A DNA stretch of 58,958 nt. Source: Demequinaceae bacterium (lineage in GTDB: Bacteria > Actinomycetota > Actinomycetes > Actinomycetales > Demequinaceae). This document shows positions 40,984 through 58,349 of the stretch, piece by piece. Every line of letters begins with the position of its first letter. The stretch's first letter is position 1. The stretch covers positions 1-58,958 of the forward strand of contig JAHEMW010000002.1 in the NCBI GenBank assembly GCA_024643505.1. Direction: 5' to 3'. The position numbers were made by a program, and so were the translations under genes. The notes under the pieces were generated by a model, which was given only the letters and a program-made list of their open reading frames with translations, made no database searches and was not told the origin of the DNA.

Positions 40984-41859
40984 ATGCGCCGCCTCGCCGC
41001 GATTGCCGCAGCCGTACTGGTGCTTTCGGCCTGCGCCCCTGCCGGTCCCGGCGCGTCCCCGTCAGCCTCGGCCGTAGGAACCCTCGACCAGATCGAGGTG
41101 GGAACGTCCGACACTGGGGCGCCAACGATCTCGTTTCCGGCGGGCGTTCCGTTCACCCGCGCTGACAGCACCATGGTGTGGGACGGCGAGGGGACCAGGC
41201 TTGAGAATGGTCAGCCGATCTTGCTCGATATCTACGGCACGTCGCTGATCGACGGCACGGTCATCATCAACACGTACGACGGTCTTCCCCGCTCGTACGT
41301 GTTGGCTCGGGAGGTCCTTGGTGACGGCCTCTACGAGAGGCTTATCGGGGCCCACGTGGGCGCGCGCGTCCTCCTAATCGCGCCACCAGCCGACCCGGCC
41401 GGGACCGAACCTCCCGTGGTGATGGTTGTCGACGTGTTGTCGGAACGAGCGTCAGGAACGGCCGTGGCCCCGCGCTCCGACCTCCCCAGCGTGCGCCTCA
41501 CCCAGACGGGTGAACCCGTCATCACCATCCCGAAGGGCGCAAAGGAGCCAACCGAACTGCAGATTCAAACCCTGATTCAGGGCGATGGTGAGCAGGTGAA
41601 GGAGGGATCCTTCATCATCGCGAACTACAAGGCCGTCTACTTCAAGGACGGGAAGCTCTTCGACTCGTCATGGCCGGAGGGCAAGGCGCCGTTCGAGACG
41701 CGGATTGGGACGGGCCAAGTGATTCTCGGGTGGGACGAAGGCCTCCTTGATCAAACCGCCGGGTCGCAGGTGCTGCTCGTTGTGCCACCGTCCTACGCGT
41801 ACCCCGACAAAGGCGCGCTGGTCTTCGTCGTGGACATTCTGGATGTCTGGAGCCCGTAG
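40984..41859 (+). CDS. FKBP-type peptidyl-prolyl isomerase lipoprotein
   Basis: Lipobox LSAC; FDSSW, VILGWDEGL, LVFVVDIL; usual neighbour of pafA. Confidence 0.88.
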   Translation: MRRLAAIAAAVLVLSACAPAGPGASPSASAVGTLDQIEVGTSDTGAPTISFPAGVPFTRADSTMVWDGEGTRLENGQPILLDIYGTSLIDGTVIINTYDGLPRSYVLAREVLGDGLYERLIGAHVGARVLLIAPPADPAGTEPPVVMVVDVLSERASGTAVAPRSDLPSVRLTQTGEPVITIPKGAKEPTELQIQTLIQGDGEQVKEGSFIIANYKAVYFKDGKLFDSSWPEGKAPFETRIGTGQVILGWDEGLLDQTAGSQVLLVVPPSYAYPDKGALVFVVDILDVWSP

Positions 41860-41862
41860 GCG

Positions 41863-42633
41863 ATGCCGGTTTCCGTGAGAGTGATCCCGTGTCTCGACGT
41901 CGACGCCGGTCGGGTCGTCAAGGGCGTCAATTTCGAGAATCTTCGCGACGCTGGGGACCCTGTCGAGCTCGCCGCGGCCTATGGGTCCTCCGGTGCGGAC
42001 GAGATTACGTTTCTCGATGTGACGGCATCGTCGGCCGATCGTGCCACGACCTACGACGTGGTGAGCCGCACCGCGGAGCAGGTCTTTGTGCCGCTCACCG
42101 TCGGTGGGGGAGTGCGCTCGCCCGACGACGTCGACAAACTCTTGCGTGCTGGCGCAGACAAGGTTGGCGTGAATACCGCCGCCATTGCGCGTCCCGAACT
42201 GATCTCAGAAATTGCGCAGCGGTTTGGCAATCAAGTGCTGGTTCTCTCGGTAGACGCCCGACGCTGCACGGGCAGCACCACGACGGCGTCTGGCTTTGAG
42301 GTCACGACGCATGGCGGTCGCCGCGGTACTGGGATTGACGCCGTCGAGTGGGCGCACCGCGGGCAGGCGCTCGGTGCAGGCGAGATCCTCCTTAATTCCA
42401 TGGACGCGGACGGCACGACCGGCGGTTTTGATATCGAGATGATCGAACGAGTGCGGGCGGAGGTGTCCATACCGCTCATCGCATCCGGTGGCGCCGGCGA
42501 ATCTGCTCACTTCGTGTCGGCCGCCCACGCCGGCGCTGACGCAGTCCTCGCGGCGAGCGTCTTTCACTTCGGCGCCCTCACAATCGGAGAGGTGAAGGCC
42601 GCCATGCGCGAGGCGGGAATTGATGTGCGTTGA
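41863..42633 (+). CDS. hisF: Imidazole glycerol phosphate synthase cyclase subunit
   Basis: [44 protein letters not shown]. Confidence 0.97.
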   Translation: MPVSVRVIPCLDVDAGRVVKGVNFENLRDAGDPVELAAAYGSSGADEITFLDVTASSADRATTYDVVSRTAEQVFVPLTVGGGVRSPDDVDKLLRAGADKVGVNTAAIARPELISEIAQRFGNQVLVLSVDARRCTGSTTTASGFEVTTHGGRRGTGIDAVEWAHRGQALGAGEILLNSMDADGTTGGFDIEMIERVRAEVSIPLIASGGAGESAHFVSAAHAGADAVLAASVFHFGALTIGEVKAAMREAGIDVR

Positions 42634-44492
42634 GCCGCACCGGTTCTCGCACTGACGACTATCAGCTGAACGGATCCTTCGCTCGCCGGTCCGGGCACCT
42701 GCTTGCGCACGCCGTGCGAACCGAGCCGCGACGGTTCGCGGTCGCCATCGTGACTGCAGGCGTCTTTTCCGTGATGACCGTGGTCTTCGGGCGGCTGCTC
42801 GGCCAGATCACCGATCAGGTGGTGATACCGGGAGTGAGTGGCAGCCCGATCGAGGGGTGGTGGGGCGAGCGTACGCAGGACCCGCAGACGGCGATCATCA
42901 TTGCCGGCGCGGTGTTCCTCGCAATCGGTGTGGTCAACGCGAGCCTCGTTGGCGTCCGACGTGCGACCCAGGGTGCCGCGGTCGCGGGCGTCGGAGCCCG
43001 ACACCGCACCGTCGTCGCCGACGCGATTGCTTCGTTGCCACTCGGATGGCACCGATCGAATCCCTCCGGGCGAATACTGTCGGCGATGTCCTCTGATTCG
43101 GAAACTGCCACGAACGTGCTCCATCCGTTTGCGTTCGCGATCGGGTCGTTCGTGATGATGATCGCGGCCGGCGTCGCGATGTGGCGCATGGATCCGTGGT
43201 TGGCCGTCACGGGGTTGTCGGTCGTCCCGGTGATTTTTGCGATCAATCTTGTGTACGAGAGGGTGATTACCCCCCATTGGGATGCGGGACAGTCGCTCCG
43301 ATCGGACGTCTCCACCATCGCGCACGAGAGCTTCGAAGGCGGCACGATCGTCAAGGCCTTGGGCGCGGAACGGCTGGAAGGGGAGCGGTTCGCCCGTGCC
43401 GCGCGAGCGTTGCGAGACGCGGATACGCGGGTCGGGCGCACGTCGGCGTGGTTCGAGCCCATGATGGACGTCGTCGTGCCCCTCGGTGCCACCGCACTCA
43501 TGATTGTGGGGGCGTATCGTGCCCAGGCTGGCGCAGTTTCCGTCGGCGACGTCGTGTCTGCGATCTACCTTGTGGCCCTGCTCGCGGTTCCCATCCGGGG
43601 GCTGGGATGGGTCCTGGGGCAGATGCCATCGGCGCTCGTGGCTTATCGCCGGATTGGCCAGATTGCGGCAGCGGCAACGGAGATGGACGAGCCCGGTCAT
43701 CGAGTGGTGGCGAACGTGGGCGCGGGTGCGATGCAGTTCGTGCGCGCTGACATAGGCGCCGACGACGGCGACGGCGGCCTCGCCCAGATACTGACGGACG
43801 TCTCACTCGACCTTGCTCCCGGCACCATCACTGCGCTTGTCGGGGCGACCGGATCGGGCAAGTCGACCGTCGCGCTCGCCGCATCGCGGCTTGCTCGCTC
43901 GATGTCCGGCACGATCACGCTCGACGACACTGCGATCGACACGGTCGCCGACATGGGATCCCACGTCGCGCTCGTGCCACAAGCGGCGTTCGTCTTTTCC
44001 GGAACGGTCCGCGACAACGTCACGCTCGGCGAACCGTTCCCGGACGCGGACGTGTGGGAAGCGCTTGCCCGGGCCAACATCGCAGACGTGGTCGAGTCGC
44101 TGGGCGCGGGGCTCGACGCAGTTCTGAGCGAGCGCGGAATGAATCTTTCGGGCGGGCAGCGCCAACGTCTCGCTCTCGCGCGAGCCCTCGTGCGGCGGCC
44201 CCGCATCCTCGTGCTCGACGACGCGACGAGCGCGGTTGATCCGCGGGTAGAACAGGAGATCTTGCGCGGACTTGCGGCCGACGGCGCTGGCCCGACTGTG
44301 CTCATCATCGCGTACCGACTCGCGTCGATTCTGCTTGCGGACAGTGTGGTGCACGTCCATCGTGGCCGAGTCGTTGATACCGGCTCGCATGAGGAGCTCC
44401 TCGCCCGCGACCCCGGCTACCGAGAACTCGTGCTCGCGTACGAGCAGGACTCCCAACGTGCAGCCGCCGAGAGCGCGGGCGTCGTCGGATGA
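42630..44492 (+). CDS. ABC exporter half-transporter (TMD+NBD), degenerate-site subunit
   Basis: N-terminal TMD; [30 protein letters not shown]. Confidence 0.9.
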   Translation: MSRTGSRTDDYQLNGSFARRSGHLLAHAVRTEPRRFAVAIVTAGVFSVMTVVFGRLLGQITDQVVIPGVSGSPIEGWWGERTQDPQTAIIIAGAVFLAIGVVNASLVGVRRATQGAAVAGVGARHRTVVADAIASLPLGWHRSNPSGRILSAMSSDSETATNVLHPFAFAIGSFVMMIAAGVAMWRMDPWLAVTGLSVVPVIFAINLVYERVITPHWDAGQSLRSDVSTIAHESFEGGTIVKALGAERLEGERFARAARALRDADTRVGRTSAWFEPMMDVVVPLGATALMIVGAYRAQAGAVSVGDVVSAIYLVALLAVPIRGLGWVLGQMPSALVAYRRIGQIAAAATEMDEPGHRVVANVGAGAMQFVRADIGADDGDGGLAQILTDVSLDLAPGTITALVGATGSGKSTVALAASRLARSMSGTITLDDTAIDTVADMGSHVALVPQAAFVFSGTVRDNVTLGEPFPDADVWEALARANIADVVESLGAGLDAVLSERGMNLSGGQRQRLALARALVRRPRILVLDDATSAVDPRVEQEILRGLAADGAGPTVLIIAYRLASILLADSVVHVHRGRVVDTGSHEELLARDPGYRELVLAYEQDSQRAAAESAGVVG

Positions 44493-46270
44493 GCGGTCCG
44501 AGCGTGCGGGAGACCTTCACTCGCGGATTTGCCATCAGTCCCGAACTTCGCCGCGGTCTTGGGGTCACCCTTTCCCTTGCGGTCGGGGCCGCGATCGGTC
44601 GCGTCTGTCTCCCCTTCGTCACGCAGCGCGTCATCGACGATGGGCTGCTTGCGCCGGGCGGTGTCGATACCGCGGTCGTCGGTCGGTACGCGCTTGCGGG
44701 CGCCGCGCTCATGCTCTTCTCCGCCGTTGTCGCGTGGCGAGTCCGCACACGCATGGTGACTGCGGCCGAGGCCGGACTCGCGACGCTTCGAATCCGCGCC
44801 TTTGACAAAGTCCACGAGCTCTCTGTCCTGACCCAGAACGAGGAGCAGCGCGGCAGATACGTGTCTCGAGTCACCGGCGACGTCGAGACCATGCGCGATC
44901 TCATGCAATGGACGGGCGCCGCGATGATAGTCAGCGCTCTCGAGGCCATCGTGGTGTTCGGCGTCATGACGCTGTACTCATGGGTCCTTGCGATCGTCGT
45001 CGCGCTTGCGTTCATCCCCGTCGTGCTCTCCCTCCTGTGGATTCAGCCGCGCGTGCGGGAAGCACTCCAACGCGTGCGAGCGCAGATGGCCGATCTGCTC
45101 GGCCGCACCTCCGAGCAGCTCGTGGGGATCGCGACGATTCGCTCGTACGGCGTGCAGCAACGGATGCGCGATGACCTTCATCGCGAGATTGAGGAGATTT
45201 GCGAGGCGGAGCGACGCGCGAGCCGGCTCGCGTCAACGAACTTTGCGTCAACGGTGCTTGGACAATCTCTCGCGACCGGGCTCGCGCTGATCGTCGGCAC
45301 GATCCTGGCGATTCGCGGGGATCTCAGCGTCGGGACCGTCGTGGCGTTCGCGCTGCTCGTGTACATGTTCTCTGGCCCCCTGATGTGGATCATCGAAATG
45401 CTCGCCGAGGGGCAGCGCGCGATGGTTGGATGGCGCCGAGTTCTGGACCTCTGCGATGCGGAGGTGACCGTCGCGGATCCCGGTGAAGGCGGCATCGATA
45501 TCCCGCACGGGCACGGAAATCTCGACATCAAGCAGGTGAGACTCACGTATCCGGGGGGTCCAGAGGTGCTCAAAGGCATCGACTTGACCGTGGCCCGCGG
45601 CACGAGGATTGCGCTCGTCGGTCAGACGGGGTCGGGAAAGACGTCGCTCGCGAGACTCATGTCCCGATTCTTTGACCCAACGGCCGGTGAAATCCGCGTC
45701 GGCGGCGTGAACCTGCGCGATGTCCCCTCGTCATCGCTCAGGCGCGCCGTTGCCGTCGTGCCGCAGGAGGGGTTTCTCTTCGACGGAACGATTCGGTCAA
45801 ACCTCGCCTACGCCCTTCCGTCGGCGCCCCCAGATGACCTCGAGCTGCGAACGCTCGCCGCTTTCGAGTCGCTCGGCCTCGACGCCTGGCTCGCCACACT
45901 GCCCAACGGATTAGACACGGCGGTCGGCCCGCGCGGCGAGTTGCTCAGCGCCGGCGAGCGGCAACTTGTCTCGATTGCCCGCGCGTACCTGCGCGACCCG
46001 GATCTGTTGGTGCTCGATGAGGCGACCTCCGCCGTCGACCCAGCCACCGAGGTGCGAATCTCCCGCGCGCTTGAAGGGCTGATGCGGGGGCGAACGGCGG
46101 TTGTCATCGCCCACCGGTTGTCGACCGCTGAACGCGCCGACATCATCGGAGTGATGCACAACGGGGAACTCGTCGAACTCGGCGCCCATCGCGAACTCGT
46201 TGCTGCGCGCGGGGCATACGCAGACATGTATGCCGCGTGGATGTCGCAGACGCGTGACGACGTCGAGTGA
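44489..46270 (+). CDS. ABC exporter half-transporter (TMD+NBD), consensus-site subunit
   Basis: [31 protein letters not shown]. Confidence 0.9.
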   Translation: MSGPSVRETFTRGFAISPELRRGLGVTLSLAVGAAIGRVCLPFVTQRVIDDGLLAPGGVDTAVVGRYALAGAALMLFSAVVAWRVRTRMVTAAEAGLATLRIRAFDKVHELSVLTQNEEQRGRYVSRVTGDVETMRDLMQWTGAAMIVSALEAIVVFGVMTLYSWVLAIVVALAFIPVVLSLLWIQPRVREALQRVRAQMADLLGRTSEQLVGIATIRSYGVQQRMRDDLHREIEEICEAERRASRLASTNFASTVLGQSLATGLALIVGTILAIRGDLSVGTVVAFALLVYMFSGPLMWIIEMLAEGQRAMVGWRRVLDLCDAEVTVADPGEGGIDIPHGHGNLDIKQVRLTYPGGPEVLKGIDLTVARGTRIALVGQTGSGKTSLARLMSRFFDPTAGEIRVGGVNLRDVPSSSLRRAVAVVPQEGFLFDGTIRSNLAYALPSAPPDDLELRTLAAFESLGLDAWLATLPNGLDTAVGPRGELLSAGERQLVSIARAYLRDPDLLVLDEATSAVDPATEVRISRALEGLMRGRTAVVIAHRLSTAERADIIGVMHNGELVELGAHRELVAARGAYADMYAAWMSQTRDDVE

Positions 46271-46287
46271 CATGGAAGGATAGGCGC

Positions 46288-46647
46288 GTGCCTCTCGACC
46301 CAGCCATTGCTACCTCTCTCAAACGCGATGCTGATGGCCTTGTGTGCGCGGTCGTGCAGGAACACCACACCGGTGACGTGCTGATGGTTGCGTGGATGAA
46401 TGACGAGGCGCTCGCGCAGACGCTCTCGTCAGGACGGGCCGTGTATTGGAGCCGGTCTCGCCAAGAGTTGTGGCGCAAGGGAGACACCTCGGGGAATGTG
46501 CAGCACGTCGTGTCGGTCTCGATCGACTGCGACGGCGATGCATTGCTCGTTCGCGTCCGGCAGCATGGACCAGCGTGCCACACCGGAGCGCACTCGTGCT
46601 TCGACGCGGGTGGAGACCTCGGCGCACAGGGAGTAGGCCCGGCGTGA
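46288..46647 (+). CDS. hisI: Phosphoribosyl-AMP cyclohydrolase
   Basis: [30 protein letters not shown] (alternative start 46267). Confidence 0.95.
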   Translation: MPLDPAIATSLKRDADGLVCAVVQEHHTGDVLMVAWMNDEALAQTLSSGRAVYWSRSRQELWRKGDTSGNVQHVVSVSIDCDGDALLVRVRQHGPACHTGAHSCFDAGGDLGAQGVGPA

Positions 46648-48191
46648 GCTCTCCTCGTGCGATTCCGTGGGGCCAAACGTGGCCATCGCGCGACGAGTTC
46701 GTCTCCCTGGGGGCGACCCGACGCGTCGTTCCGGTCGTGCGTCGAATTCTCGCTGACTCGCTCACTCCGGTCGCGGTCTATCGCGCCCTGGCGCAGGACC
46801 GTGCTGGCACGTTCATTCTCGAATCGGCCGAGCCTGATGGTGCGCGCGCGCGCTTCTCGTTCGTGGGAGTGCGCTCACGGGCGACTCTGACCATCGACGG
46901 CGACGAGGCGCGGTGGGCGGGTGACGTGCCGGCTGGACTGCATGATGGGTCGCCGCTCGCGACGATTCGCCACGTGCTCGCCGAGCTGGAGTCGGAACCG
47001 ATCGACGGACTGCCGCCTCTCACCGGCGGAATGGTCGGCGTCATCGGGTGGGACATCATCCGGCAGTGGGAGCCGACCCTGCCTCACAAGGCGCCGCGCG
47101 AGCTCGAGGTGCCAGATGCGGTGCTGTGCCTCGCCACAGATATCGCGGTCATTGATCACCATGAGGGCTCGGTGTGGCTGATCGCGAATGCTGTCAACGC
47201 CGACGGATCTGCGGACCGCATTGACGGCGCGTACGACGACGCCGTCGCCCGGGTCGACGCCATGACGAATGCTCTCGCGCGCGCTCTACCCGGTGATGTC
47301 TCGGTCACCGACCCTGCGGTTCCCGCTGCGGTGGTTCGCCAGCGTAGCGCGCCCGGCGAGTACGAGCAGGTCGTCGATTTCGCGAAGGAGGCGATCCGCG
47401 ACGGGGAGGTCTTTCAAGTCGTTCCGTCGCAGCGTTTCGACGTGGATTGCCCGGCAAGCGCCCTCGATGTGTACCGCGCTCTGCGAACGCTCAACCCCAG
47501 TCCGTATATGTACTACTTCGCGATTGACGACCCTGAGAATGGCCCATTCGCACTCGTCGGAGCAAGCCCTGAGTCTCTCGCGACCGTACGCGACGGACGC
47601 TTGCGCACCTACCCCATCGCGGGTTCGCGACCGCGCGGCGCGAACGATGAGGAGGATCGCGCGCTTCACGACGAGTTGGTGACAGACCCCAAGGAGATTG
47701 CGGAGCACATCATGCTCGTCGACCTCGCGCGCAACGACCTCGTGAAGGTGTGCGAGCCGACCAGCGTCGAAGTCATCGACTTCATGTCCGTGAATTACTA
47801 CAGCCACATCATGCACATTTGCTCAACCGTGGTGGGAACCATGGAGCCGCAGTACGGCCCCGTCGACGCATTCGTCGCCACGTTCCCCGCCGGCACACTG
47901 TCTGGAGCGCCGAAACCGCGCGCGATCGCGCTCATTGACGAGATGGAGCCTGCACGACGCGGCTTCTACGGTGGCGCGGCGGGTTACTTCGACTTCGCGG
48001 GGAACATGGATTTCGCTATCACCATCCGCACGGCGCTCATCAAGGACGGCATTGCGCACGTTCAGGCGGGTGCAGGCATCGTTGCCGACTCTGTGCCAGC
48101 GACCGAGGCGGCGGAAACGCGCGCGAAGGCTGCCGCGATGATTCGAGCTGTCGAGCTCGCCGCCAGCCTACGAGGGCTGCCTAACCGATAG
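46644..48191 (+). CDS. trpE: Anthranilate synthase component I
   Basis: [56 protein letters not shown]. Confidence 0.95.
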   Translation: MSSPRAIPWGQTWPSRDEFVSLGATRRVVPVVRRILADSLTPVAVYRALAQDRAGTFILESAEPDGARARFSFVGVRSRATLTIDGDEARWAGDVPAGLHDGSPLATIRHVLAELESEPIDGLPPLTGGMVGVIGWDIIRQWEPTLPHKAPRELEVPDAVLCLATDIAVIDHHEGSVWLIANAVNADGSADRIDGAYDDAVARVDAMTNALARALPGDVSVTDPAVPAAVVRQRSAPGEYEQVVDFAKEAIRDGEVFQVVPSQRFDVDCPASALDVYRALRTLNPSPYMYYFAIDDPENGPFALVGASPESLATVRDGRLRTYPIAGSRPRGANDEEDRALHDELVTDPKEIAEHIMLVDLARNDLVKVCEPTSVEVIDFMSVNYYSHIMHICSTVVGTMEPQYGPVDAFVATFPAGTLSGAPKPRAIALIDEMEPARRGFYGGAAGYFDFAGNMDFAITIRTALIKDGIAHVQAGAGIVADSVPATEAAETRAKAAAMIRAVELAASLRGLPNR

Positions 48192-48221
48192 ACTGCGTGC
48201 GTTCCCGACGAAGGAGTGGCG

Positions 48222-48458
48222 ATGTCAAGCGTTCACCTTGAGCCAAGCGACCTGCCAGAGGTCGCGCCGTCCAATCACGGCCGTACGACCGCGGCATGGG
48301 TCACGAACATCGGGCTAACCGTCGCGGCGCTTGTCATCTGCTTTGGAGTGATGACCCCCAACCTCATCCTCACGATCGTCGGCTCCGTTCTCGTCGTCGC
48401 ATCGCTCGCCGCGGGGGGCGCGCTGCGCGCACTCGGGCACGGCCAGCCCCTGCGCTGA
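48222..48458 (+). CDS. HGxxPAAW-family small membrane protein
   Basis: NHGRTTAAW followed by two TM helices; AAGGAG RBS; typical trp-cluster location. Confidence 0.8.
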   Translation: MSSVHLEPSDLPEVAPSNHGRTTAAWVTNIGLTVAALVICFGVMTPNLILTIVGSVLVVASLAAGGALRALGHGQPLR

Positions 48459-48508
48459 CCTCCCTCGACCCGGTCGGGGCTGCCATAGAGCGGCGCTACG
48501 ATAGCGGC

Positions 48509-49333
48509 ATGGGAGAGGTCGGCTCGAGCGTGCTCGCCAGCATTGTCGCCGGCGTGAGAGAAGACCTCGCCCAGCGCGAAGCCGCGGTATCGATGGACGC
48601 GCTCAAGGAGCGCGCCTCGCGGCTACCTGGCGCGATCAACGCCCGCGAGATACTCGCGCGCGAAGAGGTCGCGGTCATTGCAGAGGTGAAGCGTTCGAGT
48701 CCCTCAAAGGGCGCACTCGCCGACATTTCCGACCCCGCCTCACTGGCCGCTGAGTATGAAGCTGGAGGGGCGTCTGTCATCTCGGTCCTGACCGAGCAGC
48801 GACGCTTTGGTGGCTCGCTTGCCGACCTCGATAGCGTGCGCGGCAGGGTCGACGTTCCTATCCTTCGCAAGGACTTCATTGTTACGCCGTACCAAGTGTG
48901 GGAGGCGCGCGCTCACGGCGCAGACCTCGTGCTGCTCATCGTCGCCGCCCTCGAACAACCCGCTCTTGAGAGCCTCGTCGAGCGCATCCACTCGCTAGGG
49001 ATGTGCGCTCTTGTCGAGGTGCACGACGTCACCGAAGTGCATCGCGCCGTTGATGCGGGGGCGCGCATGATCGGCGTCAACGCGCGCGATCTGCGCACCC
49101 TTGAGGTCGATCGCCACACCTTCGCGCGCGTGGCGCCGACGATCCCCGACGGGATCGTGCGCGTCGCAGAATCTGGCATCCGCGACAGTCACGACGTTGT
49201 CGAATACGCGCGCATTGGCGCAGATGCCGTGCTTGTCGGCGAAGCGCTCGTCAAGGACGCGAACCCGCGTCACGCGGTTGCCGAGATGGTCGCAGCCGGA
49301 GCTCACCCCGCGCTGCGTTCGGTGCGTCCGTGA
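48509..49333 (+). CDS. trpC: Indole-3-glycerol phosphate synthase
   Basis: [34 protein letters not shown]. Confidence 0.96.
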   Translation: MGEVGSSVLASIVAGVREDLAQREAAVSMDALKERASRLPGAINAREILAREEVAVIAEVKRSSPSKGALADISDPASLAAEYEAGGASVISVLTEQRRFGGSLADLDSVRGRVDVPILRKDFIVTPYQVWEARAHGADLVLLIVAALEQPALESLVERIHSLGMCALVEVHDVTEVHRAVDAGARMIGVNARDLRTLEVDRHTFARVAPTIPDGIVRVAESGIRDSHDVVEYARIGADAVLVGEALVKDANPRHAVAEMVAAGAHPALRSVRP

Positions 49334-50538
49334 CCGATTCGCTTCAAGCGGCCACGGGGCCGTACTTCGGTGACTTCGGCGGGCGATTCGTACCAGAGGC
49401 GCTCGTCGCGGCCCTCGACGAGTTGGCCGACGCGTACGACAAGGCGCGCGTCGATCCCGCATTTTCGTCCGAACTGGAACGCCTCGCACGTGACTACACG
49501 GGCCGCCCCAGCATCGTCACCGAGGTTCCGCGCTTCGCCGCACACGCGGGCGGGGCGCACGTGTTTCTTAAGCGCGAGGATCTCAACCACACGGGATCGC
49601 ACAAGATCAACAACGTGCTCGGCCAGGCACTTCTCACGAAGCGGCTCGGCAAGACGCGAGTGATTGCCGAGACAGGCGCTGGTCAACACGGCGTTGCGGC
49701 CGCGACGGCGGCGGCACTCATGGACCTTGAATGCATCGTGTACATGGGGGAAGAGGACACGGAGCGCCAGCGCCTCAACGTGGCGCGGATGCGCCTGCTT
49801 GGGGCAACCGTCGTGCCCGTGAAGACGGGCAGTCGCACGCTTAAGGACGCGATCAACGAGGCATACCGCGATTGGGTCGCCAACGTTGACACGACGAACT
49901 ACCTGTTTGGGACCGCTGCCGGACCCCACCCGTTTCCCACGATGGTGCGCGACTTCCAGCGCGTGATCGGACTCGAAGCGCGCGCGCAGATGCTTGACCT
50001 CGGGGCGTTGCCGGACGCGGTCGTGGCGTGCGTCGGTGGGGGATCGAACGCGATTGGCATCTTCGACGCGTTCCTCGACGACGCCGAGGTTCGCCTCATC
50101 GGTTGCGAAGCCGGCGGCGACGGTGTTGACACGGGCAGGCACGCCGCGGCGATCGGCGGCGGGCGTCCTGGTGTTCTGCATGGGTCGCGCTCGTTTATCC
50201 TGCAGGACGCCGACGGCCAGACCATCCCGTCGCATTCCATCTCCGCCGGACTCGACTACCCCGGAGTCGGGCCGCAGCACGCGTGGCTCGCAACCCTCGG
50301 CAGGGCGGAGTACTGGTCGGTGACCGATGCTGAGGCGATGGAAGCGTTCGGCTTGCTGTGTCGCACCGAAGGCATCCTGCCCGCCATCGAGTCCGCACAC
50401 GCCCTTGCTGGCGCCATGCGCCTTGGCCGGCAGTTGGGACCAGACGCGACCATTCTCGTGAATCTTTCCGGCAGGGGCGACAAGGATGTCGAGACCGCGG
50501 CGGTGTACTTCGGGCTCCTCGACGGCGGCGAGTCGTGA
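49330..50538 (+). CDS. trpB: Tryptophan synthase beta chain
   Basis: [51 protein letters not shown]. Confidence 0.97.
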   Translation: MTDSLQAATGPYFGDFGGRFVPEALVAALDELADAYDKARVDPAFSSELERLARDYTGRPSIVTEVPRFAAHAGGAHVFLKREDLNHTGSHKINNVLGQALLTKRLGKTRVIAETGAGQHGVAAATAAALMDLECIVYMGEEDTERQRLNVARMRLLGATVVPVKTGSRTLKDAINEAYRDWVANVDTTNYLFGTAAGPHPFPTMVRDFQRVIGLEARAQMLDLGALPDAVVACVGGGSNAIGIFDAFLDDAEVRLIGCEAGGDGVDTGRHAAAIGGGRPGVLHGSRSFILQDADGQTIPSHSISAGLDYPGVGPQHAWLATLGRAEYWSVTDAEAMEAFGLLCRTEGILPAIESAHALAGAMRLGRQLGPDATILVNLSGRGDKDVETAAVYFGLLDGGES

Positions 50539-51335
50539 GCGGCGCGAGCGATCGCATCAGGCACTCGAACGCCGAAGGCCGCGCCGCGCTCATCGCGTAC
50601 CTGCCGGTGGGGTTTCCTAGCGTCGAGCGATCGATTCGCGCGATGGTCGCGATGGTCGATGCCGGTGCAGATGTTATCGAAGTCGGCATCCCGTATTCGG
50701 ACCCCGTCATCGACGGACCCACGAACCAGATCGCCGCGGAAGCAGCGTTGCTTGCGGGCGCGCGTGTCGCCGACTGCTTTGCCGCCGTGCGGGCTGTCGT
50801 CGCTGCCGGAGCGTCGGCCGTCGTGATGTCGTATTACAACCCACTGCTGCAGTACGGGCTCGAGAAATTCGCTGGCGAGCTCGCGGCAGCGGGCGGATCG
50901 GGAGTGGTCTTGCCCGACTTGACGCCCGACATTGCCCAGGAATGGCTTGCGGCAGCGGAGGCGCACTCACTCGACACCACATTTTTGGTCGCTCCAAGTT
51001 CCACACCGGAGCGCCTACACATGACAGTGGCCGCCACGACAGGATTCGTCTACGCCGCGTCGCTCATGGGGGTCACGGGGGAACGTGCGTCGGTCGGCTC
51101 CCAGGCAGAACGACTCGTGAGGGACTCGCGCGCCGCAGGCGCGCACCTCGTGTGCGTCGGCCTCGGGGTGACGACTGGTGCGCACGCACGTGAAGTGGCG
51201 ACGTACGCGGACGGCGTCGTCGTCGGTTCGGTCCTCGTCCGGTGCCTGATAGACCACGTGAACGAGGACCAGGCTCTGGACGCGCTACGCACGAAGACGA
51301 GTGAACTTGCTCGCGGTGTCAGAGGTGAGTCGTGA
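50535..51335 (+). CDS. trpA: Tryptophan synthase alpha chain
   Basis: [33 protein letters not shown]. Confidence 0.95.
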   Translation: MSGASDRIRHSNAEGRAALIAYLPVGFPSVERSIRAMVAMVDAGADVIEVGIPYSDPVIDGPTNQIAAEAALLAGARVADCFAAVRAVVAAGASAVVMSYYNPLLQYGLEKFAGELAAAGGSGVVLPDLTPDIAQEWLAAAEAHSLDTTFLVAPSSTPERLHMTVAATTGFVYAASLMGVTGERASVGSQAERLVRDSRAAGAHLVCVGLGVTTGAHAREVATYADGVVVGSVLVRCLIDHVNEDQALDALRTKTSELARGVRGES

Positions 51336-52213
51336 CTGTCGCGTCGATCCCAAGTCCTCCGGCCGAATGGTCGTCGTTTTCGCTCGGGCCCTTCACGATT
51401 CACGCGTATGCGCTCTTCATCCTCGCTGGCATCTTCTTCGCGATGTGGTTTACGACTCGGCGGTGGGTGGAGCGCGGCGGCGACGCGGAGGCGATCGGCG
51501 AGGTGGGAATCTGGGCGATTCCCTTCGGCATCATTGGTGGGCGGATCTACCATGTGATTTCGTCGCCGGCCGCCTACTTTGGACCCGACGGCAACCCGGT
51601 CGACGCGCTCAAGATCTGGAACGGCGGCCTGGGGATATGGGGCGCGGTGGCCTTCGGCGCCTTGGGAGCCTTCATCGGCGCGCGCCGCCACGGCATATCC
51701 TTCGCGACCTTCATGGATGCCGCGGCCCCCGCGATCCTGATCGCGCAGGCCATCGGAAGGCTCGGAAACTACTTCAACCAGGAGCTCTTCGGTGGCCCGA
51801 CCACCCTGCCGTGGGGACTCGAGATCGACGCCGCGCACCTCCCGCCAGGCTACGCCGAGGGCACGCTCTTTCACCCCACGTTCCTGTACGAGATGATCTG
51901 GAACCTTGTGGGTGCCGCGCTGATCGTCATGCTCGACAAGCGATGGGATCTACGCGGTGGGCGAGTGTTCTGGCTCTACGTCACCGTGTACACGTCTGGC
52001 CGGCTCTGGATCGAGATGGTGCGTATCGACGAAGCCGTGCACGTGCTTGGCCTGCGAATCAACGTCCTTGTTTCTGTCGCAGTGCTCGCATCCGCCATTA
52101 GCGCATTCATCGTCCTAGGACGGAAGCAGCGGGGCGCCGACGCGTGGATTCCGCGATCACAACTGGCTGCGCCGGTGCCGGCTACCGAAGCACCCCCCGG
52201 CGAAGCAACGTAA
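51332..52213 (+). CDS. lgt: Prolipoprotein diacylglyceryl transferase
   Basis: GGRIYHV, WNGGLGIWG, QAIGRLGNYFNQE, HPTFLYE. Confidence 0.95.
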   Translation: MTVASIPSPPAEWSSFSLGPFTIHAYALFILAGIFFAMWFTTRRWVERGGDAEAIGEVGIWAIPFGIIGGRIYHVISSPAAYFGPDGNPVDALKIWNGGLGIWGAVAFGALGAFIGARRHGISFATFMDAAAPAILIAQAIGRLGNYFNQELFGGPTTLPWGLEIDAAHLPPGYAEGTLFHPTFLYEMIWNLVGAALIVMLDKRWDLRGGRVFWLYVTVYTSGRLWIEMVRIDEAVHVLGLRINVLVSVAVLASAISAFIVLGRKQRGADAWIPRSQLAAPVPATEAPPGEAT

Positions 52214-52331
52214 CAAATTCGAGGATGCCCATTTGCCGGGGTAGTCTGAGAACTCGCGAGTAATCCGGGTCGACGGCGTCCCGACAACCACCTGCCTGCG
52301 GCGATAGCCGTGGGCGCTGAAGGACGGTGTA

Positions 52332-56859
<4,528 letters not shown>

Positions 56860-56867
<8 letters not shown>

Positions 56868-58329
56868 TCCACGTGGATTCCTGACGGTGCGGGACCGGGA
56901 ACTGCCACCGCGTCGGCCCATCCCGATCCGGCTGATGGACTGGAGCGAGGTCAAGGACGAACTTGCTAAGGAACCCGGCGTCCTCAAGCGGCAGGCAGGT
57001 CGTTGCATGGACTGCGGCATCCCGTTTTGCCACCAAGGTTGTCCGCTCGGAAACCTCATCCCCGAGTGGAACGACCTCACGTGGCGCGAGCACTGGGAAG
57101 AGGCAATCGACCGCCTGCACGCCACGAACAATTTTCCCGAGTTCACGGGCCGCATCTGTCCTGCGCCGTGTGAAACGTCGTGCGTGCTCGGCATCAACCA
57201 ACCCGCGGTCACCATCAAGAACATCGAAGTCTCCATTGTCGACGAAGCCTTCAAGCGGGGCTACGTTCGACCGTTCATCGCGCAACGCCACACCGGTCGC
57301 ACGATCGCAGTGGTGGGTTCAGGCCCCGCGGGTCTTGCGGCAGCGCAGCAACTGACGCGAGCCGGGCACACTGTCGCGGTGTACGAGCGCTCGAACCGGC
57401 TGGGCGGGCTCATGCGTTACGGCGTGCCGAGCTTCAAGATGGAAAAGCAACACATTGACCGACGCCTCGAGCAGATGGAGGCCGAGGGAACGGTGTTCCG
57501 CGCCGGCGTAGATATCGGGCGCGACATTCCCTGGGATCACCTGCGCGCGCGGTACGACGCCGTGCTCGTCGCTACGGGAGCTGGCGCGCCGCGCGATCTG
57601 CCCATCCCGGGTCGTTATCTCAAAGGCATTCACTTCGCCATGCCATACCTGACGCAGGCGAACCTTGTTGCGGAAGGCGCCGAAGTCCTCAAGCAGACGA
57701 CTGCTGCAGGAAAGCACGTCATCATCATTGGCGGCGGCGACACCGGCTCCGACTGTCTCGGAACGGCGTTGCGGCAGGGCGCGGCGTCCGTGACGACGAT
57801 GGCGATCGGAGTCAAGCCACCCGCCGACCGCGACAACAAGAACCAGCCCTGGCCGGTTCACCCGCACTTGTATGAGATCTCGAGTTCACACGAGGAGGGT
57901 GGCGAACGCCATTACCTCGCATCAACGGTGGAATTTGTCGGCGACGAGGATCACCACGTCACCGCATTGCGCGTGGCCACCACCGAAGTGATGCCGAATG
58001 GGATGCGAGGCCCTGCGCCGGGCACCGAGCGAGAGCTGCCCGCTGACCTCGTGCTGCTGTCGCTTGGGTTCACAGGACCAGAAGCGGACCTCTTGAGCCA
58101 GCAGCTGGGGTTGACCGTGACGGAGCGGCAGGCTCTCGTGCGCGATGAGCGATTTGCTACGCCTGTGCCGGGTGTCTTCGTCGCTGGTGACGCCGGTCGC
58201 GGACAGTCGCTCGTGGTGTGGGCCATCGCCGAGGGCCGCGCCGCCGCCGCCGCCATCGACGAATATCTCACCGGCAGCACTGAGTTGCCAGCCCCGGTTA
58301 CCGCGCGAACCTCGGCGCTGAGGGCCTAA
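56860..58329 (+). CDS. gltD: Glutamate synthase small subunit
   Basis: [58 protein letters not shown]. Confidence 0.97.
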
Positions 58330-58349
58330 TTACTACTAGGTTGGGAACC

